Virus record (IMG/VR): IMGVR_UViG_2579778538_000003
Reading direction: 5' to 3' (one strand)
Source of the DNA: a virus
Lineage: Duplodnaviria; Heunggongvirae; Uroviricota; Caudoviricetes
DNA: 41,144 bases
Every line of letters starts with the position of its first letter. The first letter of the stretch is position 1. Under the pieces are notes generated by a model, which was not told the origin of the DNA, ran no database searches, and saw nothing but the letters and a program-made list of their open reading frames with translations. This document shows, in pieces, positions 17,664-30,075 of the stretch. Position numbers and translations under genes: made by a program.

Positions 17664-17957
17664 TTATTGTGAGCAATACACACGCGCTTCCAGCGGAGTA
17701 TAAATGCCTAAAGTAATAAAACCGAGCAATCCATTTACGAATGTTTGCTGGGTTTCTGTTTTAACAACATTTTCTGCACCACCACAAATTTTTGCTGCAT
17801 CGACAGTTTTCTTCTGCCCAATTCCCGAAACGAAGAAATGATGGGTGATGGTTTCCTTTGGTGTTACTGCTGTAGGTTTGTTTCCAACAGTAAACGTCTG
17901 TTGAGCACATCCTGTAATAAGCATTGCCAGAGCGGCAGAAAACAACATTTTTTTCAT
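17664..17957 (-). CDS. bor: Bor lipoprotein (serum-resistance moron), 97 aa from ATG 17957
   Basis: MKKMLFSAALAMLITGCAQQTFTV...ICGGAENVVKTETQQTFVNGLLGFITLGIYTPLEARVYCSQ matches lambda Bor. Confidence 0.95.
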   Translation of the reverse strand: MKKMLFSAALAMLITGCAQQTFTVGNKPTAVTPKETITHHFFVSGIGQKKTVDAAKICGGAENVVKTETQQTFVNGLLGFITLGIYTPLEARVYCSQ

Positions 17958-18437
17958 CTTATTATCCTGCATTGTTAAAAACGGCAGAATCCTATGTGAC
18001 AACAATTAAACGATAGTTAAATGGATTGATGAAAATTAAAACTACACAGGTGGGCTCAGACTATTGGAGGAAGTTGGGGACACTCAGAATCCTGTGGAAT
18101 GAAATAAACCGGTCTATCCGTCCATTACCCTTTTAGCTGCGCTGTATCGTCGCCGTATTCCCGCATTAACCATGACCGTAGCCCGACGGGGAATTCCTTC
18201 TGCGTGAGTGTGCGGGAATAATTAAAAACGATGCACACCGGGTTTTTACCGCGTTAATGATTCGCGGGTTTATCCCGGTGCGATGGTGGAAGAAACAGGA
18301 AGCTGTATTACAGAAAGTGCTACTACTGTATCCCGATGCGATGTATGTAATGTGAGTCAGATAATGGCACAGGATGTGGTGATGTGGCAGTCTGGAACAC
18401 AGGATATATTGTCAGAATAAGACCCGTAGGAATAAAA

Positions 18438-18764
18438 ATGAAAAGACGCCTTTTACTACTTTTTCTGTTATCTGTCCTGGCAGTGGGATGCTCGCAGCAA
18501 AAAGCTGATGAGCCCCGGCAATTAGTGACGGTGTATCCACGATATCCGGAATATGCTGCAGCAAATTATATCAAGGGGCTGGTTGAGGTTAAGTTCGATA
18601 TTGGTGCTGATGGGACTGTGACACGGATCGTTTTTCTCCGCTCAGAGCCTCATAATTTGTTTCGTGATGAAGTGGTGAAGGCCATGGCGAAATGGCGATT
18701 TGAAAAGAATCGCCCCTGTCAGGGAGTGAAGAGACAATTTATCTTTACGCCGTCACGTCCTTGA
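18438..18764 (+). CDS. small lipoprotein consisting largely of a TonB C-terminal-domain-like fold (109 aa)
   Basis: Lipoprotein signal MKRRLLLLFLLSVLAVGC; mature part VYPRYPEYAAANYIKGLVEVKFDIGADGTVTRIVFLRSEPHNLFRDEVVKAMAKWRFE resembles the E. coli TonB C-terminal domain (motif pattern recalled from memory, not computed); AGGAA ribosome-binding site. Confidence 0.6.
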   Translation: MKRRLLLLFLLSVLAVGCSQQKADEPRQLVTVYPRYPEYAAANYIKGLVEVKFDIGADGTVTRIVFLRSEPHNLFRDEVVKAMAKWRFEKNRPCQGVKRQFIFTPSRP

Positions 18765-18886
18765 TGCTTCCAGGTAGAGAGGGGCTGGAAGCAGGAGAAA
18801 AATGAAAGAGCCAGCGGTTATATTTTTGTCATGGCTGACGAGGAATGATGGAAGAAGGCGTTGTATGCCACACAACGCCTCACTGT

Positions 18887-19066
18887 TCATTTCTTCTTTT
18901 TCTCTGGTGGAACCCGATGAATAAGAGTTGCACTGGTTTCCGATGAGATGGCGATATACTCGGGCAAAGTATGCTGGCAGTTTTCCAACTGGTCAAAAAT
19001 ACCTGCTCTCGTCTGTTGCAATGCCTGCAGCATGCGGCGGCAATGCGCCTTGCTTTTACTAACCAT
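18887..19066 (-). CDS. hypothetical small protein (59 aa from ATG 19066 with strong AGGAAGGA ribosome-binding site)
   Basis: Internal ATG preceded by AGGAAGGA; the longer ORF 18887..19240 overlaps the upstream gene and was trimmed. Confidence 0.35.
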   Translation of the reverse strand: MVSKSKAHCRRMLQALQQTRAGIFDQLENCQHTLPEYIAISSETSATLIHRVPPEKKKK

Positions 19067-19127
19067 CTTTCCTTCCTCTATCAGTCGCTGCGTGAACTCA
19101 TCATGGAATACCAGGTAAATGCGGATG

Positions 19128-19379
19128 TTATCGGTTTTGGCTACGCAGCATAGTACAAAACGGACAGGTGCATCCCGGGACGGGGGAGGCGTCACATGTC
19201 CCTGTGATGGTTGTTCCGGGTAATGTACTGTGTGGGGCATAAAAATGTCCGATAATTTTACTTTCTACCGCAGTTAGTTGATTCGTTGGTCCTGGTAGCA
19301 CATTGGGCGAGGATTTAAATGCCAGGCAACTGAAGGATGATGTCGCAAGGGAGATAGCGAGAATATTTCTGATTTTCAT
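19128..19379 (-). CDS. small secreted Cys-rich protein (83 aa; signal peptide MKIRNILAISLATSSFSCLA)
   Basis: N-terminal signal-like segment; four cysteines clustered near the C-terminus (GTCDASPVPGCTCPFC). Confidence 0.4.
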   Translation of the reverse strand: MKIRNILAISLATSSFSCLAFKSSPNVLPGPTNQLTAVESKIIGHFYAPHSTLPGTTITGTCDASPVPGCTCPFCTMLRSQNR

Positions 19380-19499
19380 TTGATGATGCCTCTGTGTGAA
19401 ATGACGGTAAACGACGCACTTGTGCCGGCACATAATAGCAAGCACCATAATAGATCAGATTCGATTCTTGCTGTAAGTGATAATTATTCTCGTTTTCGG

Positions 19500-19716
19500 G
19501 TCCTTTCCGTCGATCCAACAGGTTACGGGGCGGCGACCTCGCGGGTTTTCGCTATTTATGAAAATTTTCCGGTTTAAGGCGTTTCCGTTCTTCTTCGCCG
19601 TAACTTAATGTTTTTATTTAAAACACTCCCTGAAAAGAAAGGAAACGACAGGTGCTGAAAACGGGCTTTTTGGCCTCTGTCGTTTCCTTTCTCTGTTTTT
19701 GTCCGTGGAATGAACA
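19500..19716. other. cos: cos site: cosN 12-nt cohesive end GGGCGGCGACCT at 19528-19539 with flanking terminase-binding (cosB) region
   Basis: Sequence GGTTACG|GGGCGGCGACCTCGCGGGTTTTCGCTATTTATGAAAATTTTCCGG... matches the lambda genome end junction and left-end leader up to the Nu1 start. Confidence 0.9.
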
Positions 19717-20236
19717 ATGGAAGTCAACAAAAAGCAGCTGGCTGACATTTTCGGCGCGAGTATCCGTACTATTCAGAACTGGCAGGAGCAGGGAATGCCC
19801 GTTCTGCGAGGCGGTGGGAAGGGTAATGAGGTGCTTTATGACTCTGCCGACGTCATAAAATGGTATGCCGAAAGGGATGCTGAAATTGAGAACGAAAAGC
19901 TGCGCCGGGAGGTTGAAGAACTGCGACAGGCCAGCGAGACAGATCTCCAGCCAGGGACTATTGAGTACGAACGCCATCGACTTACGCGTGCGCAGGCCGA
20001 CGCACAGGAGCTGAAAAATGCCAGAGACTCCGCTGAAGTGGTGGAAACCGCATTCTGTACTTTCGTGCTGTCGCGGATCGCAGGTGAAATTGCCAGTATT
20101 CTCGACGGGATCCCCCTGTCGGTGCAGCGGCGTTTTCCGGAACTGGAAAACCGACATGTTGATTTCCTGAAACGGGATATCATCAAAGCCATGAACAAAG
20201 CAGCCGCGCTGGATGAACTGATACCGGGGTTGCTGA

Positions 20237-20262
<26 letters not shown>
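19717..20262 (+). CDS. nu1: terminase small subunit Nu1, 181 aa
   Basis: MEVNKKQLADIFGASIRTIQNWQEQGMPVLRGGGKGNEVLYDSADVIKWYAERD... matches lambda Nu1. Confidence 0.97.
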
Positions 20263-23943
<3,681 letters not shown>

Positions 23944-23963
<20 letters not shown>

Positions 23964-25263
23964 TCTCCCGCATATTGCCAGTATGGCCTTTAATGAGCCG
24001 CTGATGCTTGAACCCGCCTATGCGCGGGTTTTCTTTTGTGCGCTTGCAGGCCAGCTTGGGATCAGCCGCCTGACGGATGCGGTATCCGGCGACAGCCTGA
24101 CTGCCGGAGAGGCACCCGCGGCGCTGGCGTTATCCGTTGATGATGACGGACCACGACAGGCCCGCAGTTATCAGGTCATGAACGGCATCGCCGTGCTGCC
24201 GGTGTCCGGCACGCTGGTCAGTCGGACGCGAGCGCTGCAGCCGTATTCGGGGATGACCGGTTACAACGGCATTATCGCCCGTCTGCAACAGGCTGCCAGC
24301 GACCCGATGGTGGACGGCATTCTGCTCGATATGGATACGCCAGGCGGGATGGTGGCAGGGGCATTTGACTGCGCTGACATCATCGCCCGTGTGCGTGACA
24401 TAAAGCCGGTATGGGCGCTGGCCAACGACATGAACTGCAGTGCAGGTCAGTTGCTTGCCAGCGCCGCCTCCCGACGTCTGGTCACGCAGACCGCCCGGAC
24501 AGGCTCCATCGGCGTCATGATGGCTCACAGTAATTACGGTGCTGCGCTGGAGAAACAGGGCGTGGAAATCACGCTGATTTACAGCGGCAGCCATAAGGTG
24601 GATGGCAACCCCTACAGCCATCTACCGGATGATGTCCGGGAAACACTGCAGTCCCGGATGGATGCAACCCGCCGGATGTTTGCACAGAAGGTGTCGGCAT
24701 ATACCGGCCTGTCCGTGCAGGCTGTGCTGGATACCGAGGCTGCAGTGTACAGCGGTCAGGAGGCCATTGATGCCGGACTGGCTGATGAACTTGTTAACAG
24801 TACCGATGCGATCACCGTCATGCGTGATGCACTGGATGCACGTAAATCCCGTCTCTCAGGAGGGCGAATGACCAAAGAGACTCAATCAACAACTGTTTCA
24901 GCCACTGCTTCGCAGGCTGACGTTACTGGCGTGGTGCCAGCGACGGAGGGCGAGAACGCCAGCGCTGCGCAGCCGGACGTGAACGCGCAGATCACCGCAG
25001 CGGTTGCGGCAGAAAACAGTCGCATTATGGGGATCCTCAACTGTGAGGAAGCTCACGGACGCGAAGAACAGGCACGCGTGCTGGCCGAAACCCCTGGTAT
25101 GACCGTGGAAACGGCCCGCCGCATTCTGGCAGTTGCACCACAGAGTGCACAGGCGCGCAGTGACACTGCGCTGGATCGTCTGATGCAGGGGGCACCGGCA
25201 CCGCTGGCTGCAGGTAACCTGGCATCTGATGCCGTTAACGATTTGCTGAACACACCAGTGTAA
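23944..25263 (+). CDS. C: capsid assembly protease C, 439 aa (GTG start inside the B 3' end)
   Basis: Translation from GTG 23944: TAELRNLPHIASMAFNEPLMLEPAYARVFFCALAGQLG... matches lambda gpC; same coordinate offset from lambda as neighbouring genes. Confidence 0.93.
24658..25263 (+). CDS. nu3: scaffold protein Nu3, nested in frame within the C 3' portion, 201 aa
   Basis: In-frame ATG at 24658 (MDATRRMFAQKVSAYTGLSVQ...) 714 nt after the C start, exactly as in lambda. Confidence 0.85.
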   Translation: MDATRRMFAQKVSAYTGLSVQAVLDTEAAVYSGQEAIDAGLADELVNSTDAITVMRDALDARKSRLSGGRMTKETQSTTVSATASQADVTGVVPATEGENASAAQPDVNAQITAAVAAENSRIMGILNCEEAHGREEQARVLAETPGMTVETARRILAVAPQSAQARSDTALDRLMQGAPAPLAAGNLASDAVNDLLNTPV

Positions 25264-25272
25264 GGGATGTTT

Positions 25273-25605
25273 ATGACGAGCAAAGAAACCTTTACCCATT
25301 ACCAGCCGCTGGGCAACAGTGACCCGGCTCATACCGCAACCGCGCCCGGCGGATTGAGTGCGAAAGCGCCTGCAATGACCCCGCTGATGCTGGACACCTC
25401 CAGCCGTAAGCTGGTTGCGTGGGATGGCACCACCGACGGTGCTGCCGTTGGCATTCTTGCGGTTGCTGCTGACCAGACCAGCACCACGCTGACGTTCTAC
25501 AAGTCCGGCACGTTCCGTTATGAGGATGTGCTCTGGCCGGAGGCTGCCAGCGACGAGACGAAAAAACGGACCGCGTTTGCCGGAACGGCAATCAGCATCG
25601 TTTAA
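25273..25605 (+). CDS. D: head decoration protein D, 110 aa
   Basis: [52 protein letters not shown]... matches lambda gpD. Confidence 0.97.
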   Translation: MTSKETFTHYQPLGNSDPAHTATAPGGLSAKAPAMTPLMLDTSSRKLVAWDGTTDGAAVGILAVAADQTSTTLTFYKSGTFRYEDVLWPEAASDETKKRTAFAGTAISIV

Positions 25606-25623
25606 CTTTACCCTTCATCACTA

Positions 25624-25647
25624 AAGGCCGCCTGTGCGGCTTTTTTT
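25624..25647 (+). terminator. hairpin plus T-tract between D and E (terminator/attenuator-like)
   Basis: GCCGC-ctgt-GCGGC followed by TTTTTTT. Confidence 0.5.
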
Positions 25648-25660
25648 ACGGGATTTTTTT

Positions 25661-26686
25661 ATGTCGATGTACACAACCGCCCAGCTGCTGGCGGCAAATG
25701 AGCAGAAATTTAAGTTTGATCCGCTGTTTCTGCGTCTCTTTTTCCGTGAGAGCTATCCCTTCACCACGGAGAAAGTCTATCTCTCACAAATTCCGGGACT
25801 GGTAAACATGGCGCTGTACGTTTCGCCGATTGTTTCCGGTGAGGTTATCCGTTCCCGTGGCGGCTCCACCTCTGAATTTACGCCGGGATATGTCAAGCCG
25901 AAGCATGAAGTGAATCCGCAGATGACCCTGCGTCGCCTGCCGGATGAAGATCCGCAGAATCTGGTGGACCCGGCTTACCGCCGCCGTCGCATCATCATGC
26001 AGAACATGCGTGACGAAGAGCTGGCCATTGCTCAGGTCGAAGAGATGCAGGCAGTTTCTGCCGTGCTTAAGGGCAAATACACCATGACCGGTGAAGCCTT
26101 CGATCCGGTTGAGGTGGATATGGGCCGCAGTGAGGAGAATAACATCACGCAGTCCGGCGGCACGGAGTGGAGCAAGCGTGACAAGTCCACGTATGACCCG
26201 ACCGACGATATCGAAGCCTACGCGCTGAACGCCAGCGGTGTGGTGAATATCATCGTGTTCGATCCGAAAGGCTGGGCGCTGTTCCGTTCCTTCAAAGCCG
26301 TCAAGGAGAAGCTGGATACCCGTCGTGGTTCTAATTCCGAGCTGGAGACAGCGGTGAAAGACCTGGGTAAAGCGGTGTCCTATAAGGGGATGTATGGCGA
26401 TGTGGCCATCGTCGTGTATTCCGGACAGTACGTGGAAAACGGCGTCAAAAAGAACTTCCTGCCGGACAACACGATGGTGCTGGGGAACACTCAGGCACGC
26501 GGTCTGCGCACCTATGGCTGCATTCAGGATGCGGACGCACAGCTCGAAGGCATTAACGCCTCTGCCCGTTACCCGAAAAACTGGGTGACCACCGGCGATC
26601 CGGCGCGTGAGTTCACCATGATTCAGTCAGCACCGCTGATGCTGCTGGCTGACCCTGATGAGTTCGTGTCCGTACAACTGGCGTAA
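25661..26686 (+). CDS. E: major capsid protein E, 341 aa
   Basis: MSMYTTAQLLAANEQKFKFDPLFLRLFFRESYPFTTEKVYLSQIPGLVNMALYVSP... matches lambda gpE. Confidence 0.97.
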   Translation: MSMYTTAQLLAANEQKFKFDPLFLRLFFRESYPFTTEKVYLSQIPGLVNMALYVSPIVSGEVIRSRGGSTSEFTPGYVKPKHEVNPQMTLRRLPDEDPQNLVDPAYRRRRIIMQNMRDEELAIAQVEEMQAVSAVLKGKYTMTGEAFDPVEVDMGRSEENNITQSGGTEWSKRDKSTYDPTDDIEAYALNASGVVNIIVFDPKGWALFRSFKAVKEKLDTRRGSNSELETAVKDLGKAVSYKGMYGDVAIVVYSGQYVENGVKKNFLPDNTMVLGNTQARGLRTYGCIQDADAQLEGINASARYPKNWVTTGDPAREFTMIQSAPLMLLADPDEFVSVQLA

Positions 26687-26727
26687 TCATGGCCCTTCGG
26701 GGCCATTGTTTCTCTGTGGAGGAGTCC

Positions 26728-27126
26728 ATGACGAAAGATGAACTGATTGCCCGTCTCCGCTCGCTGGGTGAACAACTGAACCGTGATGTCAGCCTGACGG
26801 GGACGAAAGAAGAACTGGCGCTCCGTGTGGCAGAGCTGGAAGAGGAGCTTGATGACACGGATGAAACTGCCGGTCAGGACACCCCTCTCAGCCGGGAAAA
26901 TGTGCTGACCGGACATGAAAATGAGGTGGGATCAGCGCAGCCGGATACCGTGATTCTGGATACGTCTGAACTGGTCACGGTCGTGGCACTGGTGACGCTG
27001 CATACTGATGCACTTCACGCCACGCGGGATGAACCTGTGGCATTTGTGCTTCCGGGAACGGCGTTCCGTGTCTCTGCCGGTGTGGCAGCCGAAATGACAG
27101 AACGTGGCCTGGCCAGAATGCAATAA
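26728..27126 (+). CDS. FI: DNA-packaging accessory protein FI, 132 aa
   Basis: MTKDELIARLRSLGEQLNRDVSLTGTKEELALRVAELEEELDD... matches lambda gpFI; GGAGG ribosome-binding site. Confidence 0.95.
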   Translation: MTKDELIARLRSLGEQLNRDVSLTGTKEELALRVAELEEELDDTDETAGQDTPLSRENVLTGHENEVGSAQPDTVILDTSELVTVVALVTLHTDALHATRDEPVAFVLPGTAFRVSAGVAAEMTERGLARMQ

Positions 27127-27137
27127 CGGGAGGCGCT

Positions 27138-27491
27138 GTGGCTGATTTCGATAACCTGTTCGATGCTGCCATTGTCCGCGCCGATGAAACGATACGCGGG
27201 TACATGGGAACGTCAGCCACCATGACATCCGGTGAGCAGTCCGGCGCAGTAATACGTGGTGTTTTTGATGACCCTGAAAATATCAGCTATGCCGGACAGG
27301 GCGTGCGCGTTGAAGGCTCCAGCCCGTCCCTGTTTGTCCGGACTGATGATGTGCGGCAGCTGCGGCGCGGCGACACGCTGACCATCGGTGAGGAAAACTT
27401 CTGGATAGACCGGATTTCGACGGATGATGGCGGAAGCTGTCATCTCTGGCTTGGGCGTGGCGTGCCGCCTGCCGTTAACCGTCGTCGCTGA
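27138..27491 (+). CDS. FII: head completion protein FII, 117 aa (GTG start)
   Basis: ADFDNLFDAAIVRADETIRGYMGTSATMTSGEQSGAVIRGVFDDPENISYAGQGVRVEG... matches lambda gpFII. Confidence 0.95.
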   Translation: MADFDNLFDAAIVRADETIRGYMGTSATMTSGEQSGAVIRGVFDDPENISYAGQGVRVEGSSPSLFVRTDDVRQLRRGDTLTIGEENFWIDRISTDDGGSCHLWLGRGVPPAVNRRR

Positions 27492-27502
27492 AGGGGGGAT
27501 GT

Positions 27503-28081
27503 ATGGCCATAAAAGGTCTTGAGCAGGCCGTTGAAAACCTCAGCCGTATCAGCAGAACGGCGGTGCCCGGTGCCGCCGCAATGGCCATTAACCGCGTTGC
27601 TTCATCCGCGATATCGCAGTCGGCGTCACAGGTTGCCCGTGAGACAAAGGTACGCCGGAAACTGGTAAAGGAAAGGGCCAGGCTGAAAAGGGCCACGGTC
27701 AAAAATCCGCAGGCCAGAATCAAGGTTAACCGGGGGGATTTGCCCGTAATCAGGCTGGGTAACGCGCGGGTTGTCCTGTCCCGACGCAGGCGTCGTAAAA
27801 AGGGGCAGCGTTCATCCCTGAAAGGTGGCGACAGCGTGCTTGTGGTGGGAAACCGTCGTATTCCCGGCGCGTTTATTCAGCAACTGAAAAATGGCCGATG
27901 GCATGTCATGCAGCGTGTGGCCGGGAAAAACCGTTACCCCATTGATGTGGTGAAAATCCCGATGGCAGTGCCGCTGACCACGGCGTTTAAACAGAATATT
28001 GAGCGGATACGGCGTGAACGTCTTCCGAAAGAGCTGGGCTATGCGCTGCAGCATCAACTGAGGATGGTAATAAAGCGATGA
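27503..28081 (+). CDS. Z: tail completion protein Z, 192 aa
   Basis: MAIKGLEQAVENLSRISRTAVPGAAAMAINRVASSAISQSASQVARETKVRRKLV... matches lambda gpZ. Confidence 0.95.
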   Translation: MAIKGLEQAVENLSRISRTAVPGAAAMAINRVASSAISQSASQVARETKVRRKLVKERARLKRATVKNPQARIKVNRGDLPVIRLGNARVVLSRRRRRKKGQRSSLKGGDSVLVVGNRRIPGAFIQQLKNGRWHVMQRVAGKNRYPIDVVKIPMAVPLTTAFKQNIERIRRERLPKELGYALQHQLRMVIKR

Positions 28082-28473
28082 AACATACAGAACTCCGTGC
28101 AGCCGTACTGGATGCACTGGAAAAACATGACACCGGGGCGACGCTTTTTGATGGTCGCCCCGCTGTTTTTGATGAGGAGGATTTTCCGGCAGTTGCCGTT
28201 TATCTCACCGGCGCTGAATACACGGGCGAAGAGCTGGACAGCGATACCTGGCAGGCGGAGCTGCATATTGAAGTTTTCCTGCCTGCTCAGGTGCCGGATT
28301 CAGAGCTGGATTCGTGGATGGAGTCCCGGATTTATCCGGTGATGAGCGATGTCCCGGCACTGTCAGATTTGATCACCAGTATGGTGGCCAGTGGCTATGA
28401 CTACCGGCGCGACGATGATGCGGGCCTGTGGAGTTCAGCCGATCTGACTTATGTCATTACCTATGAAATGTGA
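28078..28473 (+). CDS. U: tail tube terminator U, 131 aa
   Basis: [54 protein letters not shown]... matches lambda gpU. Confidence 0.95.
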   Translation: MKHTELRAAVLDALEKHDTGATLFDGRPAVFDEEDFPAVAVYLTGAEYTGEELDSDTWQAELHIEVFLPAQVPDSELDSWMESRIYPVMSDVPALSDLITSMVASGYDYRRDDDAGLWSSADLTYVITYEM

Positions 28474-28480
28474 GGACGAT

Positions 28481-29221
28481 ATGCCTGTACCAAATCCAGT
28501 AATGCCGGTGAAAGGGGCCGGGACCACCCTGTGGGTTTATAAGGGGAACGGTGACCCTTATGCGAACCCGCTTTCAGACGTTGACTGGTCGCGTCTGGCT
28601 AAAGTTAAAGACCTGACGCCCGGCGAACTGAGCGCTGAGTCCTATGACGACAGCTATCTCGATGATGAAGATGCGGACTGGACTGCGACCGGGCAGGGGC
28701 AGAAATCTGCCGGAGATACCAGCTTCACGCTGGCGTGGATGCCCGGAGAGCAGGGGCAGCAGGCGCTGCTGGCGTGGTTTAATGAAGGGGATACCCGTGC
28801 CTATAAAATCCGCTTCCCGAACGGCACGGTCGATGTGTTCCGCGGCTGGGTCAGCAGTATCGGTAAGGCGGTGACGGCGAAGGAAGTGATCACCCGCACG
28901 GTGAAAGTCACCAACGTGGGACGTCCGTCGATGGCAGAAGATCGCAGCACGGTGACGGCGACAACCGGCATGACGGTGACACCCGCCAGTGCTTCCGTAG
29001 TGAAAGGGCAGAGCACTACGCTGACCGTGGCATTCCAGCCGGAGGGCGCAACCGACAAGAGCTTCCGTGCGGTGTCTGCGGATAAAACAAAAGCCACCGT
29101 GTCGGTCAGCGGTATGACCATCACCGTGAACGGCGTTGCTGCAGGCAAGGTCAACATTCCGGTTGTATCCGGTAATGGTGAGTTTGCTGCGGTTGCAGAA
29201 ATCACCGTCACCGCCAGTTAA
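28481..29221 (+). CDS. V: major tail tube protein V (with C-terminal Ig-like domain), 246 aa
   Basis: [57 protein letters not shown]... matches lambda gpV. Confidence 0.97.
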   Translation: MPVPNPVMPVKGAGTTLWVYKGNGDPYANPLSDVDWSRLAKVKDLTPGELSAESYDDSYLDDEDADWTATGQGQKSAGDTSFTLAWMPGEQGQQALLAWFNEGDTRAYKIRFPNGTVDVFRGWVSSIGKAVTAKEVITRTVKVTNVGRPSMAEDRSTVTATTGMTVTPASASVVKGQSTTLTVAFQPEGATDKSFRAVSADKTKATVSVSGMTITVNGVAAGKVNIPVVSGNGEFAAVAEITVTAS

Positions 29222-29236
29222 TCCGGAGAGTCAGCG

Positions 29237-29659
29237 ATGTTCCTGAAAACCGAATCATTTGAATATAACGGCGTGACCGTCACGCTTTCTGAACTGTCAG
29301 CCCTGCAGCGTATTGAGCATCTTGCCCTGATGAAACGGCAGGCAGAACCGGCGGGATCCGACAGCAACCGGCAGGTTACTGTGGAAGACGTCATCAGAAC
29401 CGGCGCGTTTCTGGTGGCGATGTCCCTGTGGCATAACCATCCGAAGAAGACGCAGATGCCGTCCATGAATGAAGCCGTTAAACAGATTGAGCAGGAAGTG
29501 CTTACCACCTGGCCCACAGAGGCAATTTCTCATGCTGAAAACGTGGTGTACCGGCTGTCCGGTATGTATGAGTTTGTGGTGAATAATGCCCCCGAACAGG
29601 CAGAGGACGCCGGGCCTGCAGAGCCTGTTTCTGCGGGAAAGTGTTCGACGGTGAGCTGA
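29237..29659 (+). CDS. G: tail assembly chaperone G, 140 aa
   Basis: MFLKTESFEYNGVTVTLSELSALQRIEHLALMKRQAEPAGSDSNRQVTVEDVIRTG... matches lambda gpG. Confidence 0.95.
   Translation: MFLKTESFEYNGVTVTLSELSALQRIEHLALMKRQAEPAGSDSNRQVTVEDVIRTGAFLVAMSLWHNHPKKTQMPSMNEAVKQIEQEVLTTWPTEAISHAENVVYRLSGMYEFVVNNAPEQAEDAGPAEPVSAGKCSTVS
29635..29641 (+). other. programmed -1 ribosomal frameshift slippery heptamer G-GGA-AAG producing the G-T fusion
   Basis: GGGAAAG at 29635-29641 with GGA and AAG in the G zero frame; the T reading frame opens in the -1 frame at 29641. Confidence 0.85.
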
Positions 29660-30075
29660 GTTTTGCCCTGAAACTGGCGCGTGAGATGGGGCGACCCGAC
29701 TGGCGTGCCATGCTTGCCGGGATGTCATCCACGGAGTATGCCGACTGGCACCGCTTTTACAGTACCCATTATTTTCATGATGTTCTGCTGGATATGCACT
29801 TTTCCGGGCTGACGTACACCGTGCTCAGCCTGTTTTTCAGCGATCCGGATATGCATCCGCTGGATTTCAGTCTGCTGAACCGGCGCGAGGCTGACGAAGA
29901 GCCTGAAGATGATGTGCTGATGCAGAAAGCGGCAGGGCTTGCCGGAGGTGTCCGCTTTGGCCCGGACGGGAATGAAGTTATCCCCGCTTCCCCGGATGTG
30001 GCGGACATGACGGAGGATGACGTAATGCTGATGACAGTATCAGAAGGGATCGCAGGAGGAGTCCGGTATGGCTGA
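29641..30075 (+). CDS. T: tail assembly protein T reading frame (expressed as G-T fusion via -1 frameshift)
   Basis: ORF in -1 frame relative to G, translation ...ELSFALKLAREMGRPDWRAMLAGMSSTEYADWHRFYSTHYFHDVLLDMHFSGL matches lambda gpT. Confidence 0.9.
   Translation: MFDGELSFALKLAREMGRPDWRAMLAGMSSTEYADWHRFYSTHYFHDVLLDMHFSGLTYTVLSLFFSDPDMHPLDFSLLNRREADEEPEDDVLMQKAAGLAGGVRFGPDGNEVIPASPDVADMTEDDVMLMTVSEGIAGGVRYG

Noticed and set aside
18384-18437. Upstream extension of the TonB-C-like lipoprotein ORF
   Set aside because: The ATG at 18438 is preceded by an AGGAA ribosome-binding site and begins a typical lipoprotein signal peptide; the extension has neither.
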